A stretch of DNA of 62,643 nucleotides, filler included, from Stramenopiles sp. TOSAG23-2 (lineage: Eukaryota): NCBI GenBank assembly GCA_900128395.1. It is 39 parts of 39 records of this genome, joined end to end, with 100 filler letters (N's around TTAATTAATTAA, not from the genome) between each part and the next. Parts side by side here need not be neighbours in the genome. Positions count along the whole stretch, not along the records: positions 24,294 to 25,804 come from LT652762.1; positions 25,905 to 27,414 come from LT652763.1; positions 27,515 to 29,023 come from LT652765.1; positions 29,124 to 30,631 come from LT652766.1; positions 30,732 to 32,239 come from LT652767.1; positions 32,340 to 33,846 come from LT652768.1; positions 33,947 to 35,452 come from LT652769.1; positions 35,553 to 37,058 come from LT652770.1; 31 more parts are not named here. The stretch is one strand, 5' to 3'. The notes under the pieces are model-generated. The model saw only the letters and a list, made by a program, of their open reading frames with translations, searched no databases and had not been told where the DNA came from. Each line of letters starts with the position of its first letter. Position 1 is the stretch's first letter. A program made the translations under genes and the position numbers. Positions 24,842 through 37,158 of this stretch are shown here, piece by piece.

Positions 24842-25564
24842 TTAATGAATCTTCACACCTTGTGCCAACAACGCATCTTGCACTTCTTGTACATTCACAT
24901 TGAATGTAGATACATCATTTTTCACAGAAATTGCAGCCGCAACACCTGCGCCTTGACCAGTAACACAACATGCCATCATATTTCTCATTGCAGCATGGCT
25001 AACATTATCACCACTTACACATCGTCCAGCAACAAGAAGATTTTCAATTTGATCTGGAACTAAACATCCATATGGTACTTCAAAATAACGACCAGTTGTT
25101 GGTAATATTAATATACTATACCCATCAATAAATTCAGGGAAAATACCAATGCTATCATTAAATCGTGCTTGATTTTTTACATCATCTTCAGTTAAATTAT
25201 ACCGACCAACAATTTTTCTAGTATCACGTACTCCTACACTCATGGAATAATTACGCAATTTTGCCTTTTCAAATCCAGGAATAACTTTTTTCATTGCATT
25301 CAATGCATAAATAACTTGTTTTCTTCCTTCCATTTCTGCAGTTGTCAAATCTTCATTTGATACTCCACTCAAATTGTACATATGTATTAAATTTAAATTG
25401 GTCGCTTCACCTGCATCACTAATTGAACTCCATGAACCAGCTAGNNNNNNNNNNNNNNNNNNNNNNNNNNNNNNNNNNNNNNNNNNNNNNNNNNNNNNNN
25501 NNNNNNNNNNNNGATCAGCAGGTATTATTCCCATTTCCTTTGCTTTTTTGAACTCTCTTTCCAG
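24842..25564 (-). CDS. FAD-dependent oxidoreductase (FAD_oxidored / PF12831-like), C-terminal part
   Basis: GVRDTRKIVG, FEVPYGCLVP, NLLVAGRCVSGD..SHAAMRNM..C..TGQGAGVAAA. Confidence 0.85.
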   Translation of the reverse strand: MEREFKKAKEMGIIPADXXXXXXXXXXXXXXXXXXXXXXXLAGSWSSISDAGEATNLNLIHMYNLSGVSNEDLTTAEMEGRKQVIYALNAMKKVIPGFEKAKLRNYSMSVGVRDTRKIVGRYNLTEDDVKNQARFNDSIGIFPEFIDGYSILILPTTGRYFEVPYGCLVPDQIENLLVAGRCVSGDNVSHAAMRNMMACCVTGQGAGVAAAISVKNDVSTFNVNVQEVQDALLAQGVKIH

Positions 25565-26012
25565 ATGTTGTATTATTATATAAATAAAGGAAGTTGATGG
25601 TGGTATTTTAGGGATGGGGAGAGAAATTAATTATCAAAAGTTAAACAAACAATCAGATGTGTTATGTTATTATTATTATTATTGAATTAAAAGTATGTTA
25701 ACAATGATGAAAATATGATTGTGATTGATATTTGTTGCGATGTAATATGATAAAATGTGTATGGTAAATACCACCCTGGTAGATACAAATTGTTTTTTTT
25801 TTGTNNNNNNNNNNNNNNNNNNNNNNNNNNNNNNNNNNNNNNNNNNNNTTAATTAATTAANNNNNNNNNNNNNNNNNNNNNNNNNNNNNNNNNNNNNNNN
25901 NNNNATATTTTACCATCTATATATATATATATATATTTATATTTTTGTTAGTTATATTATGTTTTATTAAATTTATGTAGATTGTATGTATGTATATATG
26001 TAAATAACTTAC

Positions 26013-26178
26013 TGCGTGTTACTGGTGCTGGTAAATCACCATAACCGATAGTGGTAAATGTAATACCAGATAAATAAAACGAATCAAGTAATGATAAACC
26101 TTCTGTTATATGAAATCCATAGGTACCAGAAGCTAACATAACTGCAGCAGTTGTATACATACGTATTGTTTTCGACAT
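26013..26178 (-). CDS. K+ channel (Ion_trans_2) first exon
   Basis: DSFYLSGITFTTIGYGD selectivity filter, followed by a GTAAGT donor at 26012-26007. Confidence 0.8.
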
Positions 26179-28122
26179 GTTTATATATATATAATTTGTT
26201 GTTATATAAATGTATTTAAAATAATTGTTAATAAATTTGCTCGTTTCTTATTATGATTATTATTAATAATACTAATAATACGTTATATATTGTTATATAC
26301 AATTTGATTATTATTATTATTCACTTGTTTATATATATATCAACACAGAATGTTGTCATTTACATCCATGTACATGTAATAGAAATATATATGTTTTTAA
26401 GTTGATCTTTGGATATTGATTTTTATATGAAAAGTTAATGGTATTTACCTGCTAGCTAATAATATCCAAAGGGTCAGATTGTTTTATTTTGACGACAGTT
26501 ACAGGGGTGGTGTTTTCTTGTGTTTCGTGAAGAAACCTTCGACTAAAGCGACAAAAATACCAATTTAATGAAATGTGAAATGATATTATGACTATGTTAA
26601 TCATGTTGAAGGAATTAATATAAAAAATTAAAATCATAAATGTTATAGTTTATATTGTGTGTTTTAATAATATTCATAATAGAATGAAAGGGAATAAATC
26701 TGTGGATCTGTGGAGATCAAACTATCGGATATTTTCAACTTTTCACTAGGGTCTTAGCATTTTTTCAGAAAAAATATCTTAATTCCCATTAATCCAATTA
26801 TATAAGTAATCATGATGATATCTCAATATAGTGTATGTATATATTTACGGAATTATATATTATATATTTATATTATAATATATCTTGTGTATGCCATATG
26901 AATGATTTATAATCTATTTATATTATCTGTTTCTATATCGGATATTTATAATGTTAAATTGTTGAATCTCAAAGCCGCGAGAAAATTCTGGTGGTGAAAG
27001 GTCGATTGAAAGACGACTAAAATGACTAGTTTAGCCTTTCTATCAAATATAAATTGGATAAAATAGATATAAAAATAATATAAATATGATATGTTAATGA
27101 TAAAATAAAAAAACATCATATATCGGATATTTATAATTTACCATTTTGGACGAATTAATAACAATCATCATTTTCAACAAAAACCACGCAATGAATGGTT
27201 GGTGGTCTTCGCACGCGTGTTTTGATGAAAACACCCTCGTTTATGATCCATGAATAATATTGACATCGATTTATTAAGTACAGCTATATATAATATATTT
27301 ATATACTGTGTATAGTTATTTATTTAGTATATGAAATTATACGCCTATCAATAAAATTATCAAAAAGAAAAAAAAAAAAAATTAAAAAAAAAAAAGAGCA
27401 CAAGACATATAGAANNNNNNNNNNNNNNNNNNNNNNNNNNNNNNNNNNNNNNNNNNNNTTAATTAATTAANNNNNNNNNNNNNNNNNNNNNNNNNNNNNN
27501 NNNNNNNNNNNNNNTATATATATATATATAAAAAATTCTCTTACTTAAAATTTAAAAAGATTTTATTTACTCATAATATATCATACGACATTTGAGTGTA
27601 AACATTTTTTTCCCACTCTCTCTCTCTCTCTCTCTACCAGTCCATTCCATGATATTTTTTTCGTATAAATTTTTTCTCGAACTTTCCAATTTTTTTCTTT
27701 TTTGGACTTATTATTCTTTTTGTATGTGTACATCTCTCTACAATAATTGAAATAATAACGATCATCACATCTTTTTTATTACATCTTTTTTTAAGGCGAG
27801 ATTTTGTGTAAGCGCCATAAATGAAATAAACGTGATGCTATTATTATAGCATGCAATGGCAAATAGGCATTAGCATAGCATAGCATTCCTTAAGGATTAG
27901 TTGTTGTTGATGAAATGCGCACCGTCTTGCACACTGCTCTTCTTTTTTATTATTTTTTTTTTTATAATTTTTTTTTATTTTAAATAAAAACATATTTTTA
28001 GTGACACATGTGTAAAACGATGTAGAGAGATAGATAGATTGATCGATCATCTACTAAAAATCACTACAAAACGACGATTGTATTGGTTAATAGATATTAT
28101 TTTTATTTTTATTGCATAAAGG

Positions 28123-28776
28123 ATGAATACGGATACCTTGGAAAAACAATACGATGCATTGGTTGCAAAATCATGTGATAATAAAAATCGTATATCAAAT
28201 ACAAATGAACATATTTTAAAAATTAATGATGAAATTGATGATGTGAAAAAAGAAATGAAAAACATTTGCAATGTTGATATTGTTACGGAAAAACATTATG
28301 TCGATATGTATGAACGTGAAATTGATATAAATACTAAATTATATAAAGATTTGCGTAAAAAAAATAAAGCATTGAAAAAAAAAGTTGAAGCAATGGAATT
28401 CAAAACGCATAATACATTAAATGCATCTATTCAACAATTATCAAATTTTTATATGAAAAATCGACCAAATCAAATGAAAAAAATTCATGAAGAAATACAA
28501 TCGTCAAAAGATATTGAAAAGAAACGAAGTATGTTGGAGAAACAATTAAAAGATGAAGAATTAAAACAAAGAGATTTACAAATTGAATTATCAAAATCGA
28601 AAGAAATCTTGAGTAATTTAGATGAAAAGTTATTCGATTTAAGTGCGATATTAATTGAAGAAAATCAACATTCAAATGTAAATCTTAAAAAACAACAAAT
28701 ATTGAAATTGAATCAAAAGAAAGCAACATTAGAACGTCGATACAATCAATTACAATCTGAATACAATCGTATCTGA
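28123..28776 (+). CDS. Hypothetical coiled-coil protein
   Basis: 217-codon complete ORF with heptad-rich K/E/Q/L composition. Confidence 0.65.
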   Translation: MNTDTLEKQYDALVAKSCDNKNRISNTNEHILKINDEIDDVKKEMKNICNVDIVTEKHYVDMYEREIDINTKLYKDLRKKNKALKKKVEAMEFKTHNTLNASIQQLSNFYMKNRPNQMKKIHEEIQSSKDIEKKRSMLEKQLKDEELKQRDLQIELSKSKEILSNLDEKLFDLSAILIEENQHSNVNLKKQQILKLNQKKATLERRYNQLQSEYNRI

Positions 28777-29123
28777 ATTTATTTCCTGTAATTTAAAATG
28801 TTATTCAAATAGTTTCTCCTCCTGCACATATAATGCAGCCCGTAGAGGGAGATTTTAACTTTTTGTACGAACGTAAAAAAAATTCCTTTTTCCTTTAGTT
28901 TTATTAAAGCGCAGATGTGTGTAAAATAGCAGACTTCCTACAGGCAGTATCATTAACCACAATTTATGTTATATATGCATATATATTTTAATAAATTATT
29001 TTAAAAAATACACTGTATATATANNNNNNNNNNNNNNNNNNNNNNNNNNNNNNNNNNNNNNNNNNNNTTAATTAATTAANNNNNNNNNNNNNNNNNNNNN
29101 NNNNNNNNNNNNNNNNNNNNNNN

Positions 29124-29477
29124 ATCCCAGCCATCCCCATCCAGAACCTTGTACAGCAGCTGATGTTGCACTGAATGTGGTTTGAAAATTTTCCAATGAT
29201 CCCCATTTTGCTTCAATCATTGTTAAAAGTTCACCAGTTGGTGGTGCGCCACCACCTTGACTTGGTGGTGCCAAATTTGTCCAGAAAATAGAATGGTTCA
29301 CATGTCCTCCACCATTAAACTTAATAGCACTTGTCCACTAATAGCATCTTCGAGTTCACCATAACCATATGGTAAATCAGGCAAAGTTGCTTGTGTAAAA
29401 GCACGTGTACTTGTAGATGATCTCATCATACAAGCTTTGCTAGTTTTAAATGTTTTCATTAATGAATTACGAAACAT
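29124..29477 (-). CDS. SOD2: Mitochondrial Mn superoxide dismutase with an internal deletion/frameshift (3' truncated)
   Basis: Presequence, then [19 protein letters not shown], then in another frame [27 protein letters not shown]. The LHHxKHH segment is missing at 29331-29333. Confidence 0.92.
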
Positions 29478-30844
29478 GATTGTAGTTATTCGTTCAATAT
29501 AGTTTTTTATTTTATCTCTTTAATAATGTCTTTGCTATAAATTGTTATATGATCTAGTAGTAGTAGCATAATTATTGTTGTGATAGATATATAGTATATA
29601 CATCTAAATATATATATACCTGAAAGGCCCGTGAGGACTGGAACCCCTGTCCAGAATTTTTTATATTTTTTATGTTAAGACAACGGCATTTTGTTAGATT
29701 TTAAGGAGGAAAATATAAAAGATAGCGGATGACGATATGAAGTGCTGTGTAGTGTTTACATGTGAATTTATATGACACAGCATTGCGTTAGGCCGTAATA
29801 ACATTATATAAAAAAAATGACGTTCGTTCGGTATAATATTATTTGAAATGCAGTGCAAATTATATTCTAGAATTATAATTATATTATTTAGAATCTCTGT
29901 ATATTTTTACCTTAACTTTACCATTATTTTACCGTGTTTATAATTTGAGAAATTTTGATTTTATCGAACCAGGTACCAGTTAATGCTATGTCCATGCTAA
30001 TAAACGCGGAACTAGGTACCACAGAAATATGAATTAACATTATTAGTGAATGATTTCAAGATAAAATTGAAACACTAGAAATTGTACCAAAATTCAATAT
30101 ACGTTAGTTTGATTGATTAAGTTTGAATTGGCAAAGTTATGGGTGTTCAATAACAGAGGAACAAAGGTTGAATTGTTAAAGTTATTGATGTCCAAGTTTA
30201 GAAAATCAGCAGTCTGAGGGTGTCCTATCATTAGGAGGATAACACTACTGTAGAAATGTACTTAGAGATATCTGGTACAGGGTGTACATTTGAGATGAAT
30301 GTATGTAGATACGTTACTAGTATCGAAATTATTATGAATTAAAGAAAGAAGAAGTCCTTATATCCAAGGCAATATATGCATAAGTTATATAGATCGACGG
30401 GTCTATGCGATGTTATTGAAAATGGTGTTTTAGTGGGTGAAAGCCCCACACTAAGATGATGATCTTCTGTACATCGTAATAGAATTAGAAATAATTCATA
30501 ATAAATTTTTTAAGGGACTTACTTTGAGTGGTAACAGAATTATGGGTTGTTTTCCTACTTGAATACAACATAATACATACTATATAGGGAATAAATTGGA
30601 AACAGTACAATCTGTAATATAACAGGTATCTNNNNNNNNNNNNNNNNNNNNNNNNNNNNNNNNNNNNNNNNNNNNTTAATTAATTAANNNNNNNNNNNNN
30701 NNNNNNNNNNNNNNNNNNNNNNNNNNNNNNNATTTTTATCTTTTAAAAAATTTTAACAATTATAAATAATAATAATAAATTAAAAAAAAATAATACGAAT
30801 TAATATTATATATTACTACTATACTTTTGTTGTAATTATTTGTA

Positions 30845-31591
30845 TTACTCTGAAATTGTTGTAAGGGATTTTTTATGCCCAGGAACAATCTTTACTTCTT
30901 TATCTACTTTTTCTTTTTCAACAACAGCAAGGTTTTCAATCTCCTCCTCCTCCTCCTCCTCATCATCATCATCATCGTCCTTTGCTTGTGGTAATATTAA
31001 TTCATCTACGGTTGGTATATACAATTTTAATTTCAATGGAATTTTGCCAAGTGGGAAATATGTAAATATTTTATTGTCATTAGACATGTCGATACTAGTT
31101 ACAATTTGTTTCTCTTCTAATAAACGTGAAACATCACTGCCTTTCATACTGTGAACATCAATCATTTTCGTAAAAGTATGCAAATCATTTACCGATATTA
31201 AACAACCAATCAACAAGTGATTTTTCTCCTCTTTGCTCGTGATAGTAGATGCTTTACCTAATGATGTTATATCTGCACTTCGTCTTGTATGAGAATATAA
31301 ACATAATGAACTTGAAATGGATCTGCCGTGGCTCCCAAGCCATATTAATTCTGTCGAGGCAGTCGGAAATTCCTCGCGGTCTACGATATAAATTCCAGTC
31401 TTCCTTTTGTTCACATCATTTATTGTTGTTGATGATACAAGCTTATCCAATGCGTCACGATCGCTATTCCCATTGTAAACATTATTATTCTTTGCTGTTG
31501 TTGTAACAGGGTGTTGTTGTTCTTCTCTAGATGAAAATATTTTTTCAATAAATTTAGCACTTCTTTCTGGGAACTCAACTACGATGTACAC
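30845..31591 (-). CDS. Hypothetical protein with acidic tail
   Basis: 248-codon ORF with no recognised family. Confidence 0.55.
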   Translation of the reverse strand: MYIVVEFPERSAKFIEKIFSSREEQQHPVTTTAKNNNVYNGNSDRDALDKLVSSTTINDVNKRKTGIYIVDREEFPTASTELIWLGSHGRSISSSLCLYSHTRRSADITSLGKASTITSKEEKNHLLIGCLISVNDLHTFTKMIDVHSMKGSDVSRLLEEKQIVTSIDMSNDNKIFTYFPLGKIPLKLKLYIPTVDELILPQAKDDDDDDEEEEEEEIENLAVVEKEKVDKEVKIVPGHKKSLTTISE

Positions 31592-32021
31592 ATCCCCAAA
31601 TTTAATATTAAAAGCTAAATTACTACCTTTATTATTTACTGATTCATCCTCTTCAACATAAAATCTGTTATTGTTATTTAGACTACTGATTATTATACTC
31701 AGATATATGATATTTTCCTATCTACTTCTGGATTAAGAGTTAAGAGGTACATTTTTTTTCATTCTTTTTTTTTTTTTATTTTTTCGAGAGCTGGAGAGCA
31801 CAAAAAGATGAATTGATGAATAATTACAAGTTTGAAATATATAATACTGGTGTGAATAAGTATGTAAGAGATCCCACACGGAAATAGAAATTCATATTCA
31901 TATTTCGTCGTTCAATATTTCATACATTAGTTACGCATCATTTTAACAATACAACCAATAAATTTTAATATAAAGTAATTATTTAAAAGAATATATATAT
32001 ATATATATATAAAACGAGAAA

Positions 32022-32239
32022 ATGGATAAAATATTATGCCAGGAAATTAAACCACCAACAAGTGTCACACACTCTGTTTTTGCTAGATTTACAGGTTATG
32101 ATAGAATTAATTTATGTGTTGTGAAAAATACTGTATTGGATATATATGCAATTGTTGATCAAGAAGATGATTATAAAGTTAGTAGGCGTTTATATGAAAC
32201 AGAATTGAATTCTATGGAAGATGAAGAAGATATGCCAGC
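32022..32239 (+). CDS. CPSF160/DDB1/SF3B3 beta-propeller family N-terminus (CPSF1-like)
   Basis: EIKPPTSVTHSVFARFT..NLCVVKNTVLDIY matches the family N-terminal pattern. Confidence 0.65.
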
Positions 32240-32477
32240 NNNNNNNNNNNNNNNNNNNNNNNNNNNNNNNNNNNNNNNNNNNNTTAATTAATTAANNNNN
32301 NNNNNNNNNNNNNNNNNNNNNNNNNNNNNNNNNNNNNNNTGTGTCTATGTGTGTTTGTTAAATTATGGAACAGATGTCTTTTCTTTTGTGATTTATGATT
32401 GCCAGATTGGCGGCACTTAAGTATGCATTTGTGATGGCCAGATGATGTGGCACGAAGAATGTGGTGCCGCCGGTACA

Positions 32478-32640
32478 TGCCAGGCTACCACCATGGTGTT
32501 AGGCCTGGCAGGTAGCTAGCTACTGTATGCCTGCTATCTGGCTATCCAGCCATGCGCCATGCGTGAAATGTTAATGTACTGTTGTAGTTTCCTTTTCACA
32601 CCGCACAATAGCCATATTGTGCGGTGTGTTTTTCGAAAAA
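32478..32640. other. Cluster of GC-rich hairpins and palindromes in non-coding DNA
   Basis: 14-bp perfect stem cacaccgcacaata-gcca-tattgtgcggtgtg (32597-32628), palindrome tttttcgaaaaa, and tgccaggc..gcctggca enclosing caccatggtg. Confidence 0.75.
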
Positions 32641-33262
32641 TGGCTGGTGTCCAGAGTATAATAATATGGGGGTATAGGCACACCCAATGTCCATGAACAC
32701 CAGAGATTTTCCTTGCCGAGATTTTCCTATTTTCCTTGCCTGGCTTGTGCGCATTGCTTTCCAGTTTTCAATTATTATATAGCCTTAGAACCAAAAAAAA
32801 AAGTATTAACTAACAATATAATAGGAAATAAAAACGCTTGACTACCATGTATTATACTTAATAGTTTGTGACTAGTTGTGAAGCGCTGTATAGCGTATTA
32901 CGTATTATACCAGAATGCAGCAGTCGTCCAGCAGTTATTTTGTTATTTTGTTATTTATATATTTATATAAAAAATATATATAAATTACTAATAACCAATA
33001 TTATAATTTGGCTTAAATATTTAATACATTAAAAGCATAATATCAATTAATACAAACCAAAGCGTGTCTTGTAAATATATACGGTAATAATAAAAATAAT
33101 TTTTTACTATAGCACTATCATCGTTAATTTCTATAGAAATAATAATTTATCTTATGTCTGTAGATTGTTCAATATAGCAGATAATTTAAACAATAAAAGA
33201 CCAAAAAAAAAGAAATTTTGCAATCCAATGAAAGAAATTCCAAAATTATTTATCGAATCAAA

Positions 33263-33846
33263 ATGAAGATGCATCTAATTTGTTATGTAATGATTCAGCT
33301 GCTTGGTTGCAAGGTGGCTGCCGAACTATTCCCTTGGTCGGAAGTAGGTACAATAGGAACAAAGCCTGATTCGCGTCATGGTCAATCTTCTGTCATTTCA
33401 AATGGAACAATGGTGGTATTTGGTGGGACAGATCACGTTACGTCTGATGGTAGTAGGAGAAATGATGCATGGGCCTTGGATTTAACTACACTTGCATGGA
33501 CCTTGCTAAGTGTTACAGGCACAAAGCCTAGTGCCCGCTTTTTTCACACGTCTGTCGTATCAAACGGAACGATGGTGGTATTTGGTGGGGATGATGGTAA
33601 TCGGAAAAATGATGCCTGGACCTTGGATTTAACAACACTTGCATGGACCTTCATAAGTGTTACAGGAACCCAGCCTAGTGAGCGCAGTCATCACACGTCC
33701 GTCGTATCAAATGGAAAGATGGTGATCTTTGGGGGATTTGATAATCTTGGCAGTAATAAAAACGATGCATGGACCTTGAATTTGGCAACATTTGTATGGA
33801 CCTTGCTAAGTACCACAGGAACAAAACCAAGTGCACGTAGGTCCCC
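33263..33846 (+). CDS. Secreted/membrane kelch-repeat protein, 5' part
   Basis: Signal-like start, then 3+ highly similar kelch repeats (PSAR..HTSVVSNGTMVVFGG..NDAW.LDLTTLAW). Confidence 0.9.
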
Positions 33847-33946
33847 NNNNNNNNNNNNNNNNNNNNNNNNNNNNNNNNNNNNNNNNNNNNTTAATTAATT
33901 AANNNNNNNNNNNNNNNNNNNNNNNNNNNNNNNNNNNNNNNNNNNN

Positions 33947-34124
33947 CATCCATGTCTATTAATTTATTAGTTTTTTTATGGTTTGCAATTTTACGGTTTG
34001 TTAATTGTTCTTGAAATGATGGTGCATCATCTTCCGAGGAGGAGGAGGACGAGGAGGAAGAAGAGGAGGAGGATGAGGATGATGAGGATGAATCTGATCT
34101 TTTTCTATTCATTGTTTCTCGCAT
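33947..34124 (-). CDS. Hypothetical protein N-terminus with poly-Ser tract
   Basis: ATG-initiated ORF open to the scaffold end. Confidence 0.4.
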
Positions 34125-34146
34125 GTAATTTTTATTTTGTTGATTA

Positions 34147-34202
<56 letters not shown>

Positions 34203-34203
34203 C
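34147..34203. repeat. (TATC)n microsatellite
   Basis: About 14 perfect units. Confidence 0.95.
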
Positions 34204-34747
34204 ATCTGTCTGTCGATCTATATCTATTTTGTTTTAGTAATATATATAGTCATTTATGATATATATATATTTGTGGTGTAATTTGTAATATTTGTGTTTT
34301 TGTATTTTGGTATTCTATAATCACTTTTAAGTATAAATTATTGATATTTCATAGGTGAAAAGAGGAATCGAACGGCTGTAATGAATGCTGTGTCTATAGT
34401 AAATGTAGAACCCTCATCGAAACATGAAAATAATGGACACATTTTACTACATGAAAATAATGGACACATTTTACGAGAGAGGATCCGACAGTTATACTAC
34501 TATTTGTCATCTGTGAACCACAATAAATACTATTTTTCTTACAATTTGTTTTCTTCTGACGTTATTATGTATGAAATCCTGGATAAACGTAATGTTATCA
34601 GCTGGCAGTTTGAAATAATTATTTTGGCCGGCACTTGGAACACTGCCTTGGATAAACCAGTAGAAAAAGAGTAGGAACTGGAAAGTACCGAATCAACACA
34701 ATTTTGGAAGCAGGTTCTTGAGGAAAATTATCAATGGATAATTGACC

Positions 34748-35076
34748 TCTACAATGATCCAAAGAATCATTGGAAGATTATACGATGCACTTTGCGATGT
34801 TTCCAATAATACGCCGATAAATTTGATCTGTAATTTTTGTTGCTCCATGAATTTAGTTTTAAATCATGGAAGCAGAAACTACGTACTGGGCTGCTTCTTA
34901 TTTTCTCCACGATAGCACCTTCGTTGGCTACCGTTTTCGCTGCGTATACACTACACACGGGGCCCACAACGGGTAAGGTTGAGAGAGTAAGAAATTTACA
35001 TCTACAATGATCCAAAGAATCATTGGAAGATTATACGGGGCCCACAACGGGTAAGGTTGAGAGAGTAAGAAATTTA
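34748..35076. repeat. A-X-B-A-B duplication: second copy lacks the 175-nt middle
   Basis: 34748-34784 equals 35001-35037 and 34957-34998 equals 35035-35076, joined through a shared ACG. Confidence 0.85.
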
Positions 35077-36675
35077 AAGTATCAGTAATTATTTTTTTTT
35101 TCACATATATATGTACGTGTATTGTAGTATCATATTCTTTTATGAGAGAGAGAGAGAGATAATCCACTATATATACTAACATCTATATAGCATTATCATA
35201 TTTAGCACTACACAGCATCATTAAACATATATATCATGGAAGAAAGACATTTTCATTGAATTCATATATATTTATATACACACATCATACAGAGTAATTA
35301 ATAGAGAGAGAGACGACAGATAGATTCTTACAGTATCAACAACAAAACAATAACATGACACATTTACAACGTTTAGTATTGACGGTATTAGATTCAGAAA
35401 AAGATGAACAATTTGCACATTATGAAAATAAAGCTGGTTTAGGACGTGTTGCNNNNNNNNNNNNNNNNNNNNNNNNNNNNNNNNNNNNNNNNNNNNTTAA
35501 TTAATTAANNNNNNNNNNNNNNNNNNNNNNNNNNNNNNNNNNNNNNNNNNNNGCTAGGTTATTTGCCACGTTGTTTTCCGTATTGTTATTACTCTTTTCG
35601 GATACGATACTGGTCATACTAATATATATATATTCTATGTATATTATATTTTTATAACCAAAAAAATGAAAAAGAAGAAACAAGAAAGTATACTATTGTA
35701 TATATAATATATATTATTATTTAAGTAACCAAATAATTATACTCCTTCTTTAATAAAATCAAAAATGTTACTATGTTATAGCAAAAAAAAAAAATAATAA
35801 TTGTTTGTAAAAAATTCAAACAAAGAAATTTAGTTGTATAAATATATCCTTTTATTATACTAAATAATACACTAAATTAAGTACTATCGCTACTTGATCA
35901 TTCAATATATAAATATTATCTAAACATTAATTTCATTATATCTATCTGTGTTTTTGTTTTGACTTTAACTTACATATATTTATTTTTTACTCTATTTTTC
36001 TGTGTTGTTTATTCATTTATTATTATTATTATTTATATTATTATTATTAATAAATAATTTGTTGCCATCAATATGCCACAGGCACAGCATTGAAAATGCA
36101 TCAAAATCCACAGCATTTGGCATTTTTGCATATTATATTACTAGGTTATATACAAAGTCATTTACACTTTACAGTATTATTATTGATACTATTATGAAAT
36201 TGAATTGAAATACCTTATTAATTAAACTTATTGTTGGTAAATATATGGTCGTCACACAATAGCTATTACCGGATTGCGCCATCATTTAAGGATCATCACT
36301 TCAACAAAACATCTACATACTGTAAATCACCATCCTCAACCATCAACACATCCTAATCCATCATCTTATGCGGGGACGTTGACACGTGCACACCATCACA
36401 GTGAAAAAAAAATAATAATAATAATAGTTAGTAGTCTAATACAAAAAGGGTACACTGTATAGTATGTGCATATGTTGCTATATATGTATACTTCAATTTT
36501 ATTAAAAAATATTTTAAGAAACAACTTCGAAATAGATGTGCAACATGTGCACATGTATGGAGTTATACATGTGAAACAATCCGTCTATGTATAACATCTA
36601 TCTCGATATTCATTTCCTACAATATATATAAATCTATTACTGTTTTTTCGTATATAAATTTCGTACTATGTAACT

Positions 36676-37058
36676 ATGAAATATATTTTTCTAAATAATG
36701 TATTCTTCTTCTTCTTATTATTATTATTATTAATTTTTGCAATCAATATAGTTGCTGCAACCTCTCCAACAACACATCATATTTATAATGATTTCACCGC
36801 CAAGGTAGCACCAGAAGCAAACGACCCGCATCGTTTTAAACAAATGGTACACCTTCGCACAGGATTAGGGCGTGTAACGCATTTTGAATATGACGCGACG
36901 AAGCATGATAAAATAATATTGCCACACGATCAGGATGGTTTAAAAGTTATTGCTTGTACAGAAAACACAGTAACAGTTCAAGTTTCTAAAAATCAAATTT
37001 CATTATCAAATAGCTGGACATCTGGATGGAAGTTTACCACAACAAAAGATCATTACGA
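36676..37058 (+). CDS. Secreted hypothetical protein, 5' part
   Basis: Strong signal peptide, open to the scaffold end. Confidence 0.6.
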
Positions 37059-37158
37059 NNNNNNNNNNNNNNNNNNNNNNNNNNNNNNNNNNNNNNNNNN
37101 NNTTAATTAATTAANNNNNNNNNNNNNNNNNNNNNNNNNNNNNNNNNNNNNNNNNNNN

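Noticed and set aside
29900-30631. Possible decayed retroelement or gene
   Set aside because: Composition is coding-like, but I found no sustained frame or recognisable motif.
32597-32633. Bacterial rho-independent terminator
   Set aside because: Hairpin plus T-run fits the shape, but there is no upstream gene and the scaffold carries a eukaryotic kelch gene.
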